Assembly (NCBI GenBank): GCA_000708835.1
Contig: DF237324.1
Coordinates: 27,932-91,931, forward strand
Direction: 5' to 3'
Origin: Klebsormidium nitens
Lineage: Eukaryota; Plantae; Klebsormidiophyceae
Length of the DNA stretch: 64,000 bases
Under the pieces are notes generated by a model. That model made no database searches, was not told the origin of the DNA, and worked only from the letters and a program-made list of their open reading frames with translations. The position numbers and the translations under genes are program-made. Position 1 is the first letter of the stretch; each line of letters begins with the position of its first letter. Positions 1 to 11,465 of this stretch are shown here, in pieces.

Positions 1-30
1 TGAATCGTCACGGAATTTGTTTGGATGCAG

Positions 31-168
31 ACGTCGGAAGAGTATCTGGAGGAAGCTGCGGGCGTCAATGTGGAAGGCCGACCGTCATCTGAGCCGATCG
101 ACGAACAACATCTCCTCGGGCACAGCCTTACGGAGTTCCACTATCTGCGAGGGACTCTGCAGGACTAG
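31..168 (+). CDS. Probable terminal coding exon of a gene that begins upstream of the window (TSEEYLEEAAGVNVEGRPSSEPIDEQHLLGHSLTEFHYLRGTLQD*)
   Basis: Acceptor-like ggatgcag| at 30, then 46 open codons ending in TAG at 166-168. No family recognised. Confidence 0.45.
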   Translation, partial: TSEEYLEEAAGVNVEGRPSSEPIDEQHLLGHSLTEFHYLRGTLQD

Positions 169-1827
169 TAGATCTCAGCTCCAGAGTGCCCTTACTTGGT
201 CTAATAGCGTCCTGAATACAAGAGAGGTGATCCAGGCATGGTAAACTAACTTGTTGTTGTAAAGACGATCTTCCGCAAGGAGCGAATCTGGTTAACATGT
301 GCTCTTGCGTTCATTGACTAAAGAATTCTGGGAGCTTGTTTTGTAAACTAATTATACTTTAGCTACATCGTAAGCAGAGGTGTCCACTAGCAAGAGGTCG
401 CCTCTATCATACGCTTTACTGGCTTTCGTCCTTCGACAGGTTTGCAACTTACCTTACGGCTTTAGTAAAAGTATATTTCTGTGTCATCAGTACATTTCAC
501 TCTGAATCCAACATGAAACGACGGGATCTGAAGCTGTGTGAACGAACATTGACAAGCACTACGACGGGCACGATGAAAGTATGCAGCCATAAACGAGTGA
601 GCGAGCACTCGTGCAACGGAGCAATAAAGCCGCTAGTCAGTTCCAGGCCGGAAATGAAACATGCCTTGTGAAGAGTGGTAATTGCTCTGACAGCTGCATT
701 GGCGCAATGATCGACCCGCGGTTTAGCGTGACGTCACGCGAGTCTTTATTGATAGAGGGCTGCATCATACCGACCGTCATACCAGATCACTAAAAATGCA
801 TTGTGAGAATGGGCGGCCTTCGCCTAAGCTGTATGAGTATCATCATGCATGGCATGTAATTTCCGACACTTGCGTCTATTGCGTCTGAAACCTACGCCAG
901 AAAGGGCACTGCGGTACTCGAGACACTTTAGCTGCCAGTGGTCAAAGTCTCAAGGCGGATCGAGCGCAAATCTGAACTCAGCAAGCATTTGGTCTAGTCA
1001 GCTTACCAAAGTTTTTTGCTGGGCCCTGCTAACCTCAAACGACGAACCGCCCTCACCTATCGCCCCTATCCTGAAGTTGAGTGTCTTGCAAAAGGAACAC
1101 GGTTTGTACGACCGCTGACTTAATCTACTCTGAAAAGTCCGTTCTTGGCGCAACTTCTCGATCGTTGCGCTGTTGATCCATGGGGCGTGGATCCTTCAGT
1201 CAGCACCGCCCGTCTCTAGAAAGCCCACCAGCATTGCCGTCACACACGCTCTCCTGGCAAAGGGCACGGCCCATCAATCTTTCACCTTCAACAAGCTAAC
1301 GTCATCCAGTACGTCAGCAGACGACGCCCCGAGGTGCGGCCCGGCAATCTGCTAACCTGGCGGTTTCCCCTTTCCGGGCGCTGGCGCAATGTGCGTCACC
1401 TAGCGATGCTCGGCCCTCCGCTGACGTCATTGCTTGGACGCCCGCGCGCGCGCACTTTGGGCCATCTCCGCCCCGGCAGTCAATCCTCGCTTCTTGCGCA
1501 GCGAGCGCCTTACGTCGGGTGCGGGCCGGGATCCCGGACAGATGCCGACGTCAGCAACGCCCTCCTACCCGCCTCTCTTTTGTCATGTTCACTTGTCAGA
1601 CCTCCCCTTTGTCCCGGTCTCCTGGGCACTTCGCTTTTCGATGGCCAGCAGGCGCTCCTGCGGCTCGGCTGGATACCCACTCTTTAACTCCTCCTACTGA
1701 AGCTTGCTCTGTTCCACCTGTCGTATTCACCCCCGTTACATTTGGACCGTCTGACTGACCCACGTTTACCTACAAAAGATAGTCACGCTTCTCACACTCT
1801 CGTGTTATCATAGGCAGCAGACCACTC

Positions 1828-4139
1828 TCAGTACTCAGAGTACTCCAACCTATCCAATAGAAATCTTAGAAAAGAATACGTCTCAACCACCCGTTCAGTC
1901 CCCTGACCTCGACCGGTCAAGAGCCCACAGCCCTCTACCTCCTTCCAGTCATGCGAGCCCTCAATCTCTGCCGAGAAGAGGAAACACATCTGAGCCACTT
2001 TGCCCCACGCTTTTTTGTGCTGCTTTCAAGTCGTTCCAGAGTTCGCATAACGCCTTCAGCAGGGTCTTGTTCCGCAGACCAGTGAGGTTGAGCGACCCGT
2101 AAACCTCAGTCCAATGCGCATCTCGCACTCTTTCGATGAAGCTTTCCATGGTTGTCTGCAAGACGGTTTCCGCTCCTGACGGCCAAACCCCCTGAAGAAA
2201 GCGCTGGAGGATCCGAGGCGGCCCAACTAGCGTCTTTGCATACTTCCCTAAATCGGCTCCAGACTCGACCTGGCCTTCAAGATACGCTCGAAGCACCGAC
2301 TCAACTTGCTCACTCGACGGGAGAGTCAGCTTTGCAATCGGAAAAAGAAGCGCCGATTCGTGAAGGACGAGGCGGTGTGAAAACTCTTTGAGAGTAAGCG
2401 CGAAGGCAACACGAAGCTGCGGGTTGAGCTTGCAAGTTTCCGTAACGGCGGCGCTAAGGAGAGTGGACACGTAAGCAGCCCAGTGACCCTTGACCGCCAC
2501 GTCATTAAGATCGACGGCTGGGGTGCGCCACGTGGAGCCCAGGAACTCGAGATTATCGAGCAGCAGGACGACCCGCGCGTGCACGGGCAGGTCTAACGGG
2601 AGAGGTTCCGACACGGGCGAAAATCTGTAGTAGTCCGTCTTGTCATTGAGCTTGAACACCGCCTGAGAAGGACTCTGCAATCCAAGAGAGACGTCAGACA
2701 TCTGCATGATTTGCAACGACAAAGTCGGCCGTCTTTCAGTCTGCAAAAAAGGAAAGATTTCCAAAGAAACGAAGTTCTGATTGTCCCTTCAATCTGGATC
2801 CTATCTTGACACCGACACTTGTTGAATTGAATTCCCGGGGATCAAACACAGCAGCAAGTCGACAGAGAATTGCCGCCTCTTTATCAGAGCATCACCAAGT
2901 TTTGCCTCTTGTCAGAGGCCTATATGGATTAGTAGTCCTGGATCGTTAAAATCGCACCGCACTCATTGACACGACGCGCCGTCTTTCCAGGTATCAGAAC
3001 CGGGTCGTGTTCCTTAATAAGCTGAAGACAGTAAAATCGGCATACGGAAACCAAGACTGAAGGTCCCAGAATCTGGCGCCAGCGAAGTGATTTACCTTGT
3101 TTATGACCGCAGCAACGTTGGTCATCAGTGTCCAAACCTTCGTTTTGACCACCGCCTCGAGCTCTTCCAGGAGTGCGCGGACCGAAACATGCTCCGCCTT
3201 TTCCAGGGCCAACCGCGTCGTCCTCAAACTTTCCGCCCTCATCCTGTCCAAAAACCCGTTCGCAACTCCCGGAACACTGATAAATATCGCTCCCGTCTCT
3301 TTTGCCGCCCTTTCTACAACGCTCGTCTTTCCCCAACCCGTCATACTAGCCAAGCACACGATCCTTCCCTGCCCATCAGGTCCTATCCAACGCTTTAGGT
3401 CATCCAATGTCTGCGACCCCCAGTGTTTCTCTGGGGGGATCCCCCCGTTGAAGTAGGGCAGATCTGCGGGGATCGGCTTGTGATGGGCTTTTTGGAGCTC
3501 GGTTGAGCTGGCGGCAGATTGGGTAGACTGGCTGTCAACACGGGCCCGCTTGATGCGGCCTGCGCATGTGGCGAATTTGGTCTGATCAAGGAGGACCACA
3601 TCAGTTATAGACTAGATCCGCCACAGATCGAAACGAGAAAGGCAACGATCAGAATTCTACTACTGATCGCCATTGGTAAGTTGTCCCTGTTCACACAGGA
3701 AGGACCAAACCTGCTTAACGGTTATTTGATCAATTCTTAACCAGTCCTGCTTTGGGCAGAAGGTCGTGAAAGCGCATTCTTACCAAGGCTCGGCTGGGCG
3801 TTGTTTTGCCCTCATGTGATACTGTCAATCTTGTTGTCCTTAAATATTTTCGGTCAACCATCGGCCCGACCTACAGAAGAACGCTATTTGCGTACGAACC
3901 CTCAAAGCGAGACCCTCTGACTCTCCTGGAGGTAGTTGTGTCCAACAGCGAAAAGGCGGTTGCCAGTTAACAGCCCACTGTAAGCGGCTGAAAGCCGACA
4001 TCTCACAGTAAAATTCGAAGTAAACTACTGCATGATCTCGGGTGTATGAAGATTGCGGAAACCTTTGAACAAACGCAATCCCGTACACGAAGTCTGCTTT
4101 TTGGACCATTGAAGTGCTTACCCCGTTCCGCCGTCTCAT
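1828..4139 (-). CDS. Stand-alone STAND/AAA+-like P-loop NTPase (~510 aa if repaired), with a +1 frameshift at the T6 run 2011-2016; possible pseudogene
   Basis: Exons 4139-4122, 3870-3784, 3611-3096, 2740-1828 join in phase 0 via GT-AG introns (gtaagc, gtaaga, gtaaat donors). Walker A IVCLASMTGWGKT, following strand GAIFISV, Walker B VVLLLDNLEFL, GxP motif VGPPRIL. The C-terminal 60+ codons (..AWGKVAQMCFLFSAEIEGSHDWKEVEGCGLLTG..FLRFLLDRLEYSEY*) lie in another frame. Confidence 0.7.
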
Positions 4140-4946
4140 ATTCCTCTTGACAACGGGGCCCCGGATCCATGTCTATCAGGTGTACTGTCGGGGGACCGCA
4201 ACGCCGATTCCGTCAGAAGGACTTCTGCGGCAGGTGAGGTGTTTCGCGTACAAGAAAGCAACAAGAGAGTAATCCTCGCGCTCCACAAAGAGTGGTGGCC
4301 GCTGTGTTGAAAAGGAGGTGCAGCCTACAGGGAAAGTGGGTGGCGGCTTCCTAAGGAAGTCTCCGGAAAAAAGATGCTAGCAGGGCGTCCTCTTCAACCT
4401 TCTCCTGGATGAAAGCAATTATCGCCGAGGATCGCCAGCTAGCTGATCGACGTACGGCAGACGCGGCCGGCCCCCTAGCTGGAGTTTCAAGTTTGCTCGG
4501 GTCCATGCACCGGCCGGGCAAAGCCCCAGCCGCGGCCGCGCGCGCTCGCCGGGTTTTAGTGCTCTCACGGTCTGTTTAGTTAAGTCCTAACCCAGTGCCG
4601 CTTCGTCAACAACCGGCACAAAACCCGGCAGGCCCAAGTTTAATACACTCAATATATGCCTTGCTTGGAGCTTTGCCTGAGCACTAGTCATCAGCGTATG
4701 CCAGAACCGGCACAAGCAGGGTCACAGCAGGGTCACAGTGACCAATGGAATACTCAGCTGAGTAACCGTGCCTACCCTGTTTGCTGCGCAGCTTGCTGCA
4801 CTGCCTGCTGCAATCCTGCACTGCTGGGCCCTTCCTGCTTTTCAAAATCCGGTTCGATTCCACAGAGCTTCTCCCTAGATCCCCAAAGGTCAGTACTTAG
4901 GAAGCCCGCACAGAGGCCTTTTTCTAGCTGCCTCCTGTTTCTGACC

Positions 4947-7822
4947 ATGAGCTGCATCGCTGCTGTGCGGAGGGCAGCGGCCGCTCCGCTGGAAGGCCAT
5001 CTCGCAGCCCTGCCAGCCTTGTTTCAGCAGCATGCAGCAGATCAGGTGCGCACTTTTGCTACTGGTGAAGCTAATTCTGATTCGCAGCCAATCCCGAAAC
5101 CGCGGAGGGGTTCTCTGGCCGATGTGGCAGACCGGCCCCCACCTCCGGAAGCAAGTGAGAAATTGTCTTGTTCTTTGATAGAGTTTCTTGCATTTCTTTG
5201 CTCTGCCGGGGGATGTCTGCATGCACTTCTGTGGAGGCAGCATTGCCTGCGGATGCAAATGCAGGGTTTGAGCGGCGTGAAGGAGGAGGTCGCATGACTC
5301 CCAACTTCCCCTCGGTGATGAGACGTGCACAAACCCTGAAGGATTAGTCACTGCTGAGGAACGCGCAGGAGGGCACCTTTTGACAGCGATCGTCCGAAAT
5401 GTACAATCACCTTCTCCTGATTGTGCGGCACCTTGCCCCCTCGCCCCCTCGCATTGACTATACTATTCGTATGACATCCATATAATCCGTGTGACCAGAC
5501 GACATCAAATCAAGACCCACCAGCTTTTGGCATACTTTCCTACCTTTGACTGTCGTCTTGACACCCTTGTGACCTTTCTTTGATCCCACGGGCAATCAAG
5601 TATTCTCTCCCGCACATCCTCCCTTCACATATTGAAAATCTAATCACGCCCTGCTATTCTTCCTGCTTTTTGCAGAGCCTGTGATCGAACCTGGTATGGA
5701 CCCCAGTGACTGGGACCCCAGCGACCCTAAGTATCAGCGGCTTACGAAGCAGCTAGTGTGGGCCGTCAAGACACGCCCTGCCCCAGAGGCCACAGAATCG
5801 GTGAGTCTTTCTATGCTTCACTGTGTCCGACTTCCAAAGTTCAACACCTGGTATGAAAAGGGGCCTTGGATCGAGCGGACTCCAACTGCTGCCACCGCGC
5901 AGTTTGAGAGCAACTCATGGATGCCGGACGTGTTTTGTTGAGTGCACTTCTGGTCAAGTTACAAATGGGAAGATTAATCAATTGGTTGAGTTTGGCTGGA
6001 TGCCGGCCAGAATCATGATTGGGAAACCAAATAACGCATTTCGGCAGTTGTGAGTTGCAAAGAACTGCCAGCTGGAGCTAACCTAGGGCGTCTGACATGT
6101 CCTTCCGCTGATCACAGCTAAGACAAGACGAGCAAAGAAAGATTGGCAGATCTGGCCAGCTTGATGCGGTTTGAATGGGTGCGGTGGCCGTTGCTGGTTG
6201 CCGATTGAAGCACTTTCTAAATTGATGGTATCAGAAGACATCACTCCGTTCGGCTTTCTCGTTCGTTGTTGATGTAAGCGGTTCAAACTTGGTGGATAAG
6301 CACCCAGCCAAAGAGTACAAGGTGTGACGGCTTTCAGTGGCGCTACTATTCTGTGAGTTGGAGTATCCCTGGACGAGGACCACCAGCCAACCTAGTTTTC
6401 ACAACGAGCCTAGCCCCCAGGACAACCGACAATGGGATCCGTTAGCCGTGCCGCTTCTGTAAATGGTATTACATTGGAAACGGAAGAACCCCATGCTAAA
6501 AGTAGCAGAGTGTTCTTTCCTTCCACAGAGCGCACGAGTCCTCTGAAGGCTTTTGTTTCTTATCGAAGTCTTCGTCAAATGTGACATCGGCAGCGCTAAC
6601 CCCTCTCTACGCTATCATAGCGTTTGAAATAGGTTCTGACCATACCCTGACCGCTCATTATGACAGAGCAGCCACGGCTTCAGAATAAGCACAATCGGCG
6701 TAATTATTTTGTTCAGACCAATGTGCACGAGCCCACAAAAGCCTTGCCTGCGGACCGGCACACCGACGCCCGCAGCGGGAATGTGTACGAGGAAGACGTC
6801 AAAGTGGGCGCAGGGCGGTTGAATGTCCTGCATCTGAAGGAGATCTATCTGAAGCGCTTCGAAGCGAGGAGCCAAGGCAACACGCTCGAGGCCGGGGAGC
6901 TGGCGAAAGAGTACGGCATCGATCCGGGTTTATTAGAAAAGGTACGTTGTGATCTTCTTTGTGTAAGGGAGGAGGCTTTGGTACTGATGCTTCGGGGCAG
7001 TGAAGAGCGCTCTTTGACCTCCTTGCTTGTCAGAATTGATGACCGGTATGCTTGACTTTTGAAGCGGATTGCCCGTTTTGTCGAAGGCCCGTCTGGGCTC
7101 TGTCTGGGGGCTTCCTTGAGAGACGAGGGCTCGAGACGAGTCGGCAATGCTAACACTCTATGAGGCTACGTGTACATTTCCCGGCAAGAATTGTCGTTTT
7201 CCTTTTCCAAAACGACGAGTTCCATTTATCAGGGGGATCACGTCCAACTCGCAACGTGAAGCGCTCAATATACCCTCCCTTGGTCGTGAAGGATTCAAGG
7301 CGGTGCCTGGTTCTCAATCCAGCAGTCCGTTCAGTGTCGTAAGTATGTTTCGACAAGATTCAAGGGTAAACCCAAGCTTGGATCAAGATCCTCGTCAGTA
7401 TTCGTCGAAGTTTTGATGTCCCCATCAAAAGACAGCCTTGGCTGATCTCTCCTTTTCCGCTCAACCCGGTTCGAGGACGTCCCAAGCTCAGCGGAGTCCT
7501 AAATTGCTACTCAAAAGCCCACGTCCACTCTTCCGAGCGTTGGCAGTTTCCTTAGCAAGTAGTGCCCCGGCAGTAGTGTGGTTTTCTATACCACGCGGGA
7601 GGTTCAAATTGTTCCTTTCTATCAGTGTTGGGTGTTCACGACTTGCAATCCACCATTAAAACTCCAAACGGCATAGCTCTCATTTTTCGGAGCTGTGCTA
7701 TTTTCCAGGTTTTCAAGTATACGGAGCTACCCATCGCCCGACAAGATAGACGAGGCAGGACCGTTGGGCTGAGCCACGAAGAAGCTCTGCAGCTTGCAAA
7801 AGAAGAAAGCTCGATGTCTTAG
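4947..7822 (+). CDS. Putative mitochondrial protein (223 aa) resembling the plant family proposed as NDUFAF4-like complex I assembly factor
   Basis: Exons 4947-5154, 5676-5800, 6717-6941, 7709-7822, phases consistent. N-terminus is presequence-like (MSCIAAVRRAAAAPL..VRTFAT). Motifs DPKYQRLTKQLV, GRLNVLHLKEI, ELAKEYGID..VFKYTELP recall that plant family. Family assignment is from memory, not a search. Confidence 0.65.
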
Positions 7823-9202
7823 GCGCATGCGAGCAGCAGTGGGTAAAAGTGCCGAGAGGGTCAAGCTGCCTCATACTCTCTAGCAAATGATCGCTCCCAA
7901 AGTGGGGCACAGTCAACCTGACACGAAATGGTTTGCTCATGCGTATGCATGGTTTATTTCAAGCGCGAATCCTACTAGATTGTTTTAATGCTTTGCTTAA
8001 GCTGATTTGCAGTTCTCGAGCTTGGGCTCTGAGTTGCATCAAGAGTTTCCTACATCTGATTGACACCCTCTTATTGAGCTGGCCGTGGTCAAGATCTGGT
8101 ATCCTTTTTGGAATCAGGTCATGATGATCACTTGTGATGACCGGGTCATGTTCTAGAAAGCTGCAAGCCTCCCGTTGCCTGCCTTTATTGAGGGAGGAGC
8201 CCGAGCGATATACGTAAACAGTATCGAGGTATGGGACGGAAAGTGGATGCCTCATAGTCCAGTGGTGATGACGGTCAGAGCGGTTGAAGGATCATGGGCA
8301 TGGCCTATTCAGCAAGAAGATACTCCATGTGCATGAGCGTTTGCTGATTCTGAATTCGAGGTAACTTTCCATTTATGAATCTGCTAGAAGACCTCGATCC
8401 GAGAGGGATGGATTTAATGCATGCAAAGCTCTGGAATCTGGATTTGCGAAGACTCCGAGGCGCAGGATTAAATTAGGGTCGATCCAATGGAATCTGCTCA
8501 GAATGTCGACATCTGCTATGACATCAGACACACCTGGTTTAAAACTGCGTTTTCACGGTACTGTATTTGTTATATGGCCTAACCGAGCGCTTCCATCGAC
8601 GGTATTTACGCCGGTATACTGAAACGCCAGTGTGCTGCGAGGCGGTTCTCTACCTAGAGCAAGTCGGCGAGAGCCGGAAGGGCCGCCGTCGTCTGGACCG
8701 GCTCCAGAGTCCAGACGACGATCGGAAAATACCGTATGGTTAGAGGACTCGGTTTGATACGAGAATCGGAAGTTTTCGCTCTCCAGATATAGCGAATTTC
8801 TGACGCACTAGCCAGACAGATGCTTTTGCAGCGAGATCGAGCAACTCGCAAGCAATTAATTGGGCTTCAACTCGCTTCATCAAGCGCTTAAAAGCAGTGA
8901 TTTGTAAGTTGTGAGTCGTGACCTTCCATGTTTCCCTTTGTTACACAATCCACCTTGTAGTTCCCCTTCACTTACAAAAGCACGGTCGGAACTTAGGAAA
9001 GCCTTTGGTAAGCTTTTACAGGAGATTATTTGCTCGCTTGTTGTTGCAGCACAATTGCGGCGCCACATATATTGATTGAGATTGTTATCCTCTTTCTAAA
9101 CAGTTGGTTGGACCGTGAGAAGTTATACAAAGCCCACTTTTAGCTGACAAGAAGCCATTCTTGCTCGCGAGACTATCCCACTCACCCACAGGTCTGAACA
9201 AG

Positions 9203-10300
9203 ATGAACGGCGTCAACGCAAGTGGAAACCGGACAGGGAAAATCATGGTTATCATGCTGGTGACCGGCATGCTGGCGGCAGCGGCCAGTGTGCACCTGGG
9301 GCCTGCTCTGTACGGACGTCCGGAGGAAGCTCAGCAGCGCACGTACTCGTCCGAAGGTGCCCTCAAGAAAAGAAGTGAGTGCTGGCTTCCTCTTGGACAT
9401 TTCAAGGAGGACTGCGTGATGCAGCCTTGGCCGCTGACAAAAGCAGCTTTTACCTGCACTTCTCAGACCCTCCTCTGACGATTCTGGCGGACCGGCCGCC
9501 ATGTGCAGAGCTCCTTCTTCCTCATGGTTTATCTGCATTGTGCTCGGAAATCAATTTTGTGCTATGCCTTTGAGTTAGTCAAGCTTGTTTCCAAAGTGTC
9601 TCTGCAATCGTCGGCTATCCAAAGAGAGAGGGGCTAGATGGGAGCTCTGTTTTGACCATGAGGGTTGAACGTACTGAACCGGTATATCAGAATGGCGTCA
9701 TGCGTCAGAATATATGCTTAAAAGGATAAATATACCTTGCCTTTCTCAAATAAGCCGATTCTGGACATGCTGAAGCTGCGAGCTTTCTCAAAACAAGTCT
9801 CAGTGGGCTCTGAAGAACCACAAATCTATGGGAGTGGACCGTACGTATAGCAACCTGTTTGTTCACAGCTAACCACACAGGCTGATATGCTCAGGAGAGG
9901 GATGCTGTTAGCCCGAGTATACGTGGTACTGCTACAATATTCCTCTTCCACGAGCGGACTTTTCACTGCAGCCACACTTTGCTCGCCATTGCAGGCGGCA
10001 GAGGTTTTCTGGGGCTTTTCCTGCGCCCCAGAAATGTCTTGCAGCTTACATTATGATCCTTCCAATGCAACAAGCAACTCATTTCTTGTTCACGGCTGTG
10101 AAGTTCTGGCTGCTTGAAATTTTGCTTCACTTCTGGGAGGGATCAACAATTTGTGGCAGGGAGAAAGAGTGGGCATAACTGTGGGATCATTTCGCATTTA
10201 TTTGTCATTACCTTTTGTCAGCTTTCAGAGTTTCAGTGACAGACTAACTTCTTCTGCAACCATCTTTGCAGGCATGTGGTCTAAGGGCCAGAATAAGTAG
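9203..10300 (+). CDS. Small single-pass membrane protein, 66 aa (MNGVNASGNRTGKIMVIMLVTGMLAAAASVHLGPALYGRPEEAQQRTYSSEGALKKRSMWSKGQNK*)
   Basis: Exon 1 9203-9374 (gtgagt donor) and exon 2 10272-10300 (tttgcag acceptor) join in phase 1. One hydrophobic helix and a basic C-tail with an SMW motif. Confidence 0.6.
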
Positions 10301-11465
10301 CTTGTCACACTTTCAAGTCCCCAGCTTGGCAATGGCAGACTAGTAGTTGGAGACAATGCTGCGACAATACTAGCGTGAGTGGGGCAAATTAAGGAGGGAG
10401 CAGATAGCTTTCAGCAGTACACTTTGGAAGGTAAGATCAAATTCCAAGGGCTGACACAAATGTACATGCACATTGCAGTCTCTTTCAGTTGGCGTAGCTA
10501 CCCTTGTTGGGGTAGTAACTAGACCAAACTCAGGTCTCCATACTCTGAAAATTGCTGCACTTGTCATTGCATTCATGCAATACATTTCACTCAAATCTCC
10601 CGCCTCATTCTGTCTGTCTTTGTTGCAGGTTCCCCACATTGACTACATCAAATGTGGTGCAGAGAATGCCACAGACATTCCACAATTTGTCTGCTGCCTG
10701 TAGAAGTAGCGGTTGAGCTCATTTCGTCGCAATTAGCGGTTGAGCTTTAGCACCAACGGCAAGTGTTCTGCCATTTACAATTAAATTGGGTTTTAGTCAC
10801 TTTTCTGAGGAGGAGTTTCGTGCGGAATAAAAGTACCGCAGTCTGTAACCGGTCACCGTGGCTGGGGTCAGACTGCGATGCCGCCCCCTGCGGTTGGAGG
10901 GCTGCACAAGCCCTTCGATCACTACACCAGTCTCTCAGAGATACCCAAGCCAGGTCAGCCCCCTCTGATACGACAGACCGCCGACGGGAACTTCTGGTTG
11001 TTGACTTGTTTGGCTGTGGTAAAGATTGATGCGTTGAAAGCTTGACTCAACCTCAGCGTCCTGTTGTCATGAGGGGCCATCGTCGAGGAAGCTCTCTAGG
11101 AGTTCCCGAAAGTTTACATCTACATCTCCATTTGTACTTTCTCCTCCTCCTTTCTCCATGTCAAGCGAAGCCGGTTCCGATCTGACCATGTACAAGAAAG
11201 ACAGCTTCTCATTTCTCTTTTTCTTGCTCGTAAGGCTCTAGAAAGAGTAGTGACTGAAGCTGTTTCCGAGAAACGTTGTCCAGCTAGGCCTTCCCTCAAG
11301 CCTTGTTCGCAAGCCACACTATCATCCTCGGATCTTGGCATACGACCCCAGGTCTAGATGCAAGGTTTCAGGATCTTAGGGCTTTGGGGCACGATGAATT
11401 TGAGGGGCTTCCACGCGGCAGTTTACGGTACAGAACTGCGCTCAAAAGCGACTTTGCCAATGCAG

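Noticed and set aside
600-1760. Short ORFs and a GC-rich promoter-like patch at 1300-1700
   Set aside because: No coherent gene model or domain, and no associated transcription unit can be supported.
2829-2863. gaattcccggggatc..gtcgac resembles a pUC8-type polylinker
   Set aside because: The match is only 15 nt and is interrupted, it lies inside a normal GT-AG intron, and no other vector sequence is present.
6432-6716. Alternative start MGSVSRAASVN spliced into ORF 6660
   Set aside because: A four-exon model starting at 4947 fits phases, presequence and family motifs better.
8160-8510. Weak LINE-endonuclease-like peptide (RAIYV..HSPVVM) and a very degenerate ~57-bp repeat
   Set aside because: The similarity is too short and degenerate, with no RT domain or poly(A)/TSD.
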